Positions 61,426 to 64,000 of a stretch of DNA of 64,000 nt are shown here, piece after piece. The notes beneath the pieces are model-generated. The model saw nothing but the letters and a program-made list of their open reading frames with translations, was not told where the DNA came from and ran no database searches. The DNA lies in the sequence record DRR378314_251; one strand, written 5' to 3'. Made by a program: the position numbers and the translations under genes. Position 1 is the first letter of the stretch; every line of letters starts with the position of its first letter.

Positions 61426-62370
61426 ATGAAACATTTCACTTTTGCTTTCTCGACGCTCGCCTTGGCCCTGGGTGCCTGCTCCACAAACTCACCAGACACA
61501 CGCCCTTCAGTTTCGCCATTCGATCTGCCTCCACATCTCGCCAGGACTGTCGAAATAGCGCACGACCCCACTGACCCCTACGTGCTGATTGAGGCGCATC
61601 GGGGGTGTTTCTCAGCCGAACGCCCAGAGAATACATTGCCATCCCTTGAGCATTGCATCACCATTGGGGCTGACTGGATCGAAATAGATGTTGCGCTCAC
61701 GAAGGACAAACAACTTGTTCTCATGCACGACAAGACTCTTGATCGCACAACGACTTTGAGCGGAAAGACGACACAATATACGCTCGCGGAAATTACCAAC
61801 GCAACAATCCTGGATGATGCGGGAAACCCGACAAACCTCACGCCTCCGTCGCTCTCTGATGCGCTCGACCTTATGGCAAATCGCATCATGTTCCGGCTGG
61901 ACCTGAAATGCGGCAACGGGTGCCTTGATCAAGTGTACGACATGGTCGAGGCAAAAGGTCTGCTCGATCAGGCCGTCGTACCGGAAAGAGCGCGCCGTCG
62001 ATTGATTTCGGCCGGCCTGACCGACGATCAGATCATTGTCGTCGGTGCCAACATCGAAGCCATTGGCTCACCGGACCAGATACCGGCCCATGTCGACCAT
62101 GTTCAGGTGAAGGATTTCAAAGCCGACAATCCTCCGATCGAGTTGATGGCCCAGTTTGAACCCGAAACCAGAATGATCGCTTTTCCGTATAGTGATGACC
62201 GCTCGGGTGGTCATGGCGACAAGGCTTCTGAAAGCGATCCCGATTCGGGCTGGGGTTGGCTGGTCGATCACGGCATAGACATGTTCCTGACCGATCACCC
62301 AGACGCCGCCATCGCGTATTTGGAATCCCGTGGTCTTCGTAACCGCGAAGCTGTTTCCTCGACAAATTAG
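61426..62370 (+). CDS. Glycerophosphodiester phosphodiesterase family lipoprotein
   Basis: Lipobox LGAC; AHRG, PENT, EIDV, LMHD..LDRTT, TDHP; start ATG 61426. Confidence 0.9.
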   Translation: MKHFTFAFSTLALALGACSTNSPDTRPSVSPFDLPPHLARTVEIAHDPTDPYVLIEAHRGCFSAERPENTLPSLEHCITIGADWIEIDVALTKDKQLVLMHDKTLDRTTTLSGKTTQYTLAEITNATILDDAGNPTNLTPPSLSDALDLMANRIMFRLDLKCGNGCLDQVYDMVEAKGLLDQAVVPERARRRLISAGLTDDQIIVVGANIEAIGSPDQIPAHVDHVQVKDFKADNPPIELMAQFEPETRMIAFPYSDDRSGGHGDKASESDPDSGWGWLVDHGIDMFLTDHPDAAIAYLESRGLRNREAVSSTN

Positions 62371-62475
62371 GCGGTGAAAGGACCCAACCTCCCAATTCCC
62401 GCGTCAAATACCATCAGAAAGCCACCACTCTGAACGCGGAAAGACCGCGCAAACTTCTCTGCGCTCAGGCTGCTT

Positions 62476-62510
62476 ACCTCGGGCGAGGCCGTTTAAACCT
62501 TGCCCGAGGT
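62476..62510. terminator. Hairpin downstream of GDPD gene
   Basis: ACCTCGGGCGAGG / CCTTGCCCGAGGT stem; no clear T-tail. Confidence 0.45.
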
Positions 62511-63124
62511 TCAGCATAACTGACCTAGAGTTACTCAGCGCCATCGAGACGGCCCACACAGACCGTGACCGGCCCGACTGTCAGAATGAAATCATTCCCA
62601 CTCGATAATGAACGAGCCTAATTTAGTGTTCAATTACAGAATGTTAAACGAGCCTGTGTATGAAAGTACCGTTATCCACAACTTATTTTTTCAAGGCTGG
62701 GTTTTCAATCATGAACCCAGCGTCGAAGATAAGGATTGACAGAATTTGGTGCACGCCGTTCTCCGTTCACTATCTGCGAAGGTTCTTTCATATACGGGTT
62801 TCAAGAGAAGCAAAGTTGCGTCCTCTGTGACCTGAGGACCTCGGGGCCCACATTCATTTCGAGAGTCTGCCCCCTTGTAGTCCATTGGTTGAGGTGCGGC
62901 GAGCGCGTCGGTAGCGGATCTTCCGACATTGCGGGCTTCAGCCCCGCCCAGCCATAAGTGAGGCAGGTGGTGATTGTTTTCGTGACGACGGACACCGGCG
63001 TTCGGGAAATCTGAAACACATATTGATGAAATTCAGGCTTGACCCTCACGCTAGTGGCAACCCGCTACCTAGACTATGCGCTCTTTAGCGCAGCCATGTT
63101 TCAAAAGTGAAAGCAAGACTGAAT

Positions 63125-63889
63125 ATGACACAACTTAGCGAATGGTACGGTAAAGTCGCGATCGTAACCGGGGGCAGTTCCGGCATCGGAAAAGCAACAG
63201 CTTTGGCGCTACAGGCGCAAGGGGCCAAAGTGGTCATCACTGGCCGCGACCGGGCCAAGCTCGACAACATCGCGAACCAGTATGATGGGATTACAACCGT
63301 TCAGGCCAATAGCGCAGATCCAGCAAGCGCAGAACGCATCGTCGCAGCTGCATTGAATGAATCGGGTCGAATTGACTTTGTCATGAATAATGCGGGCGCT
63401 GGCGCCCTGCTTCCAGTCAGTGACTACAACTACGATACAATTGCCAATCTCTGCGCTGTCAACATTACTGCTCCATCACTTCTGGTTAAGGAAGCGCTAC
63501 CCGCACTGAAAGAATCGAAAGGTACGATCGTAAATATCGGAACCGCCATTTCCCGAAACGCAGCACCAATGCTTGCGCATTATTCGGCAACGAAAGCCGC
63601 ACTCGAGCATCTAACGCAGGCATGGGCTGTCGAGCTTGCTGGTGACGGAATACGCGTCAATGCAATTGCACCCGGTCCCGTGAAAAGTGGCGCGCTAACC
63701 GGACTAATGGGCTTGTCCGACGAGATGGCAAATTCCATCGAAGAAGCTGAAGCCGCTCAAGTGCCGCTCGGCCGCCGAGGCGTTACAGACGATATTGTCC
63801 CTTGGATTTTGAAGCTCGCGAGCCCCGCAAACAAATGGACAAGCGGCCAGGTGATTACCGTGGATGGCGCCTGGACACTTCGAAGCTAA
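63125..63889 (+). CDS. Short-chain dehydrogenase/reductase
   Basis: TGGSSGIG, NNAG, YSATK, RVNAIAPG; start ATG 63125 (GTG 63107 alternative). Confidence 0.92.
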   Translation: MTQLSEWYGKVAIVTGGSSGIGKATALALQAQGAKVVITGRDRAKLDNIANQYDGITTVQANSADPASAERIVAAALNESGRIDFVMNNAGAGALLPVSDYNYDTIANLCAVNITAPSLLVKEALPALKESKGTIVNIGTAISRNAAPMLAHYSATKAALEHLTQAWAVELAGDGIRVNAIAPGPVKSGALTGLMGLSDEMANSIEEAEAAQVPLGRRGVTDDIVPWILKLASPANKWTSGQVITVDGAWTLRS

Positions 63890-64000
63890 ATCACTCCGTC
63901 AGATATCTGAGCTCCGCCTTAAGGCGACTCTACAGCTCGCTCTGACAGCTCCGAAGACGGATGTTTAAGTTCGCCGTCATTACAAAATGATGACCGGATT

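Noticed and set aside
62611-62655. 9-bp direct repeat with 36-bp period as a CRISPR remnant
   Set aside because: Only two very short copies and no cas genes.

Overview
Alphaproteobacterial chromosome segment; gene content (HfaABD-like, MucR, DUF2336, pstCAB-phoU-phoB without pstS) suggests Caulobacterales/Hyphomonadaceae, which is inference. All family calls come from recalled motifs, not database searches. 1-18.4 kb is mostly housekeeping: partial glyA, mucR, hemA, NAD kinase, pst/pho, hslVU, tig. From about 18.5 kb come three accessory modules. (1) An hfaA-hfaB-hfaD-like adhesin/amyloid operon, divergent from an H-NOX / hybrid kinase / NarL-type regulator operon. (2) A ~29 kb catabolic cluster (24.9-53.7 kb) encoding a lipoprotein NylC-like Ntn hydrolase, two NylB-like serine hydrolases, two TolB-fused amidohydrolases, an omega-transaminase, semialdehyde and alanine dehydrogenases, CoA-transferase plus glutaryl-CoA dehydrogenase, a TonB receptor, two porins, a POT transporter, PepSY-TM and PaiB proteins. 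Seven copies of a LysR-type palindrome (GGTGC-N7-GCACC) tie it together; each lies 71-88 nt upstream of a start codon and has a second half-site 21 bp downstream. This is the best candidate for an undescribed system: uptake and breakdown of amide-linked diamine/omega-amino-acid compounds (nylon-oligomer-like chemistry, possibly hydroxamate siderophores). (3) A FecI/FecR module with two tandem paralogous TonB receptors and a glycerophosphodiester phosphodiesterase. No rRNA, tRNA, CRISPR, integrase or transposase was found.
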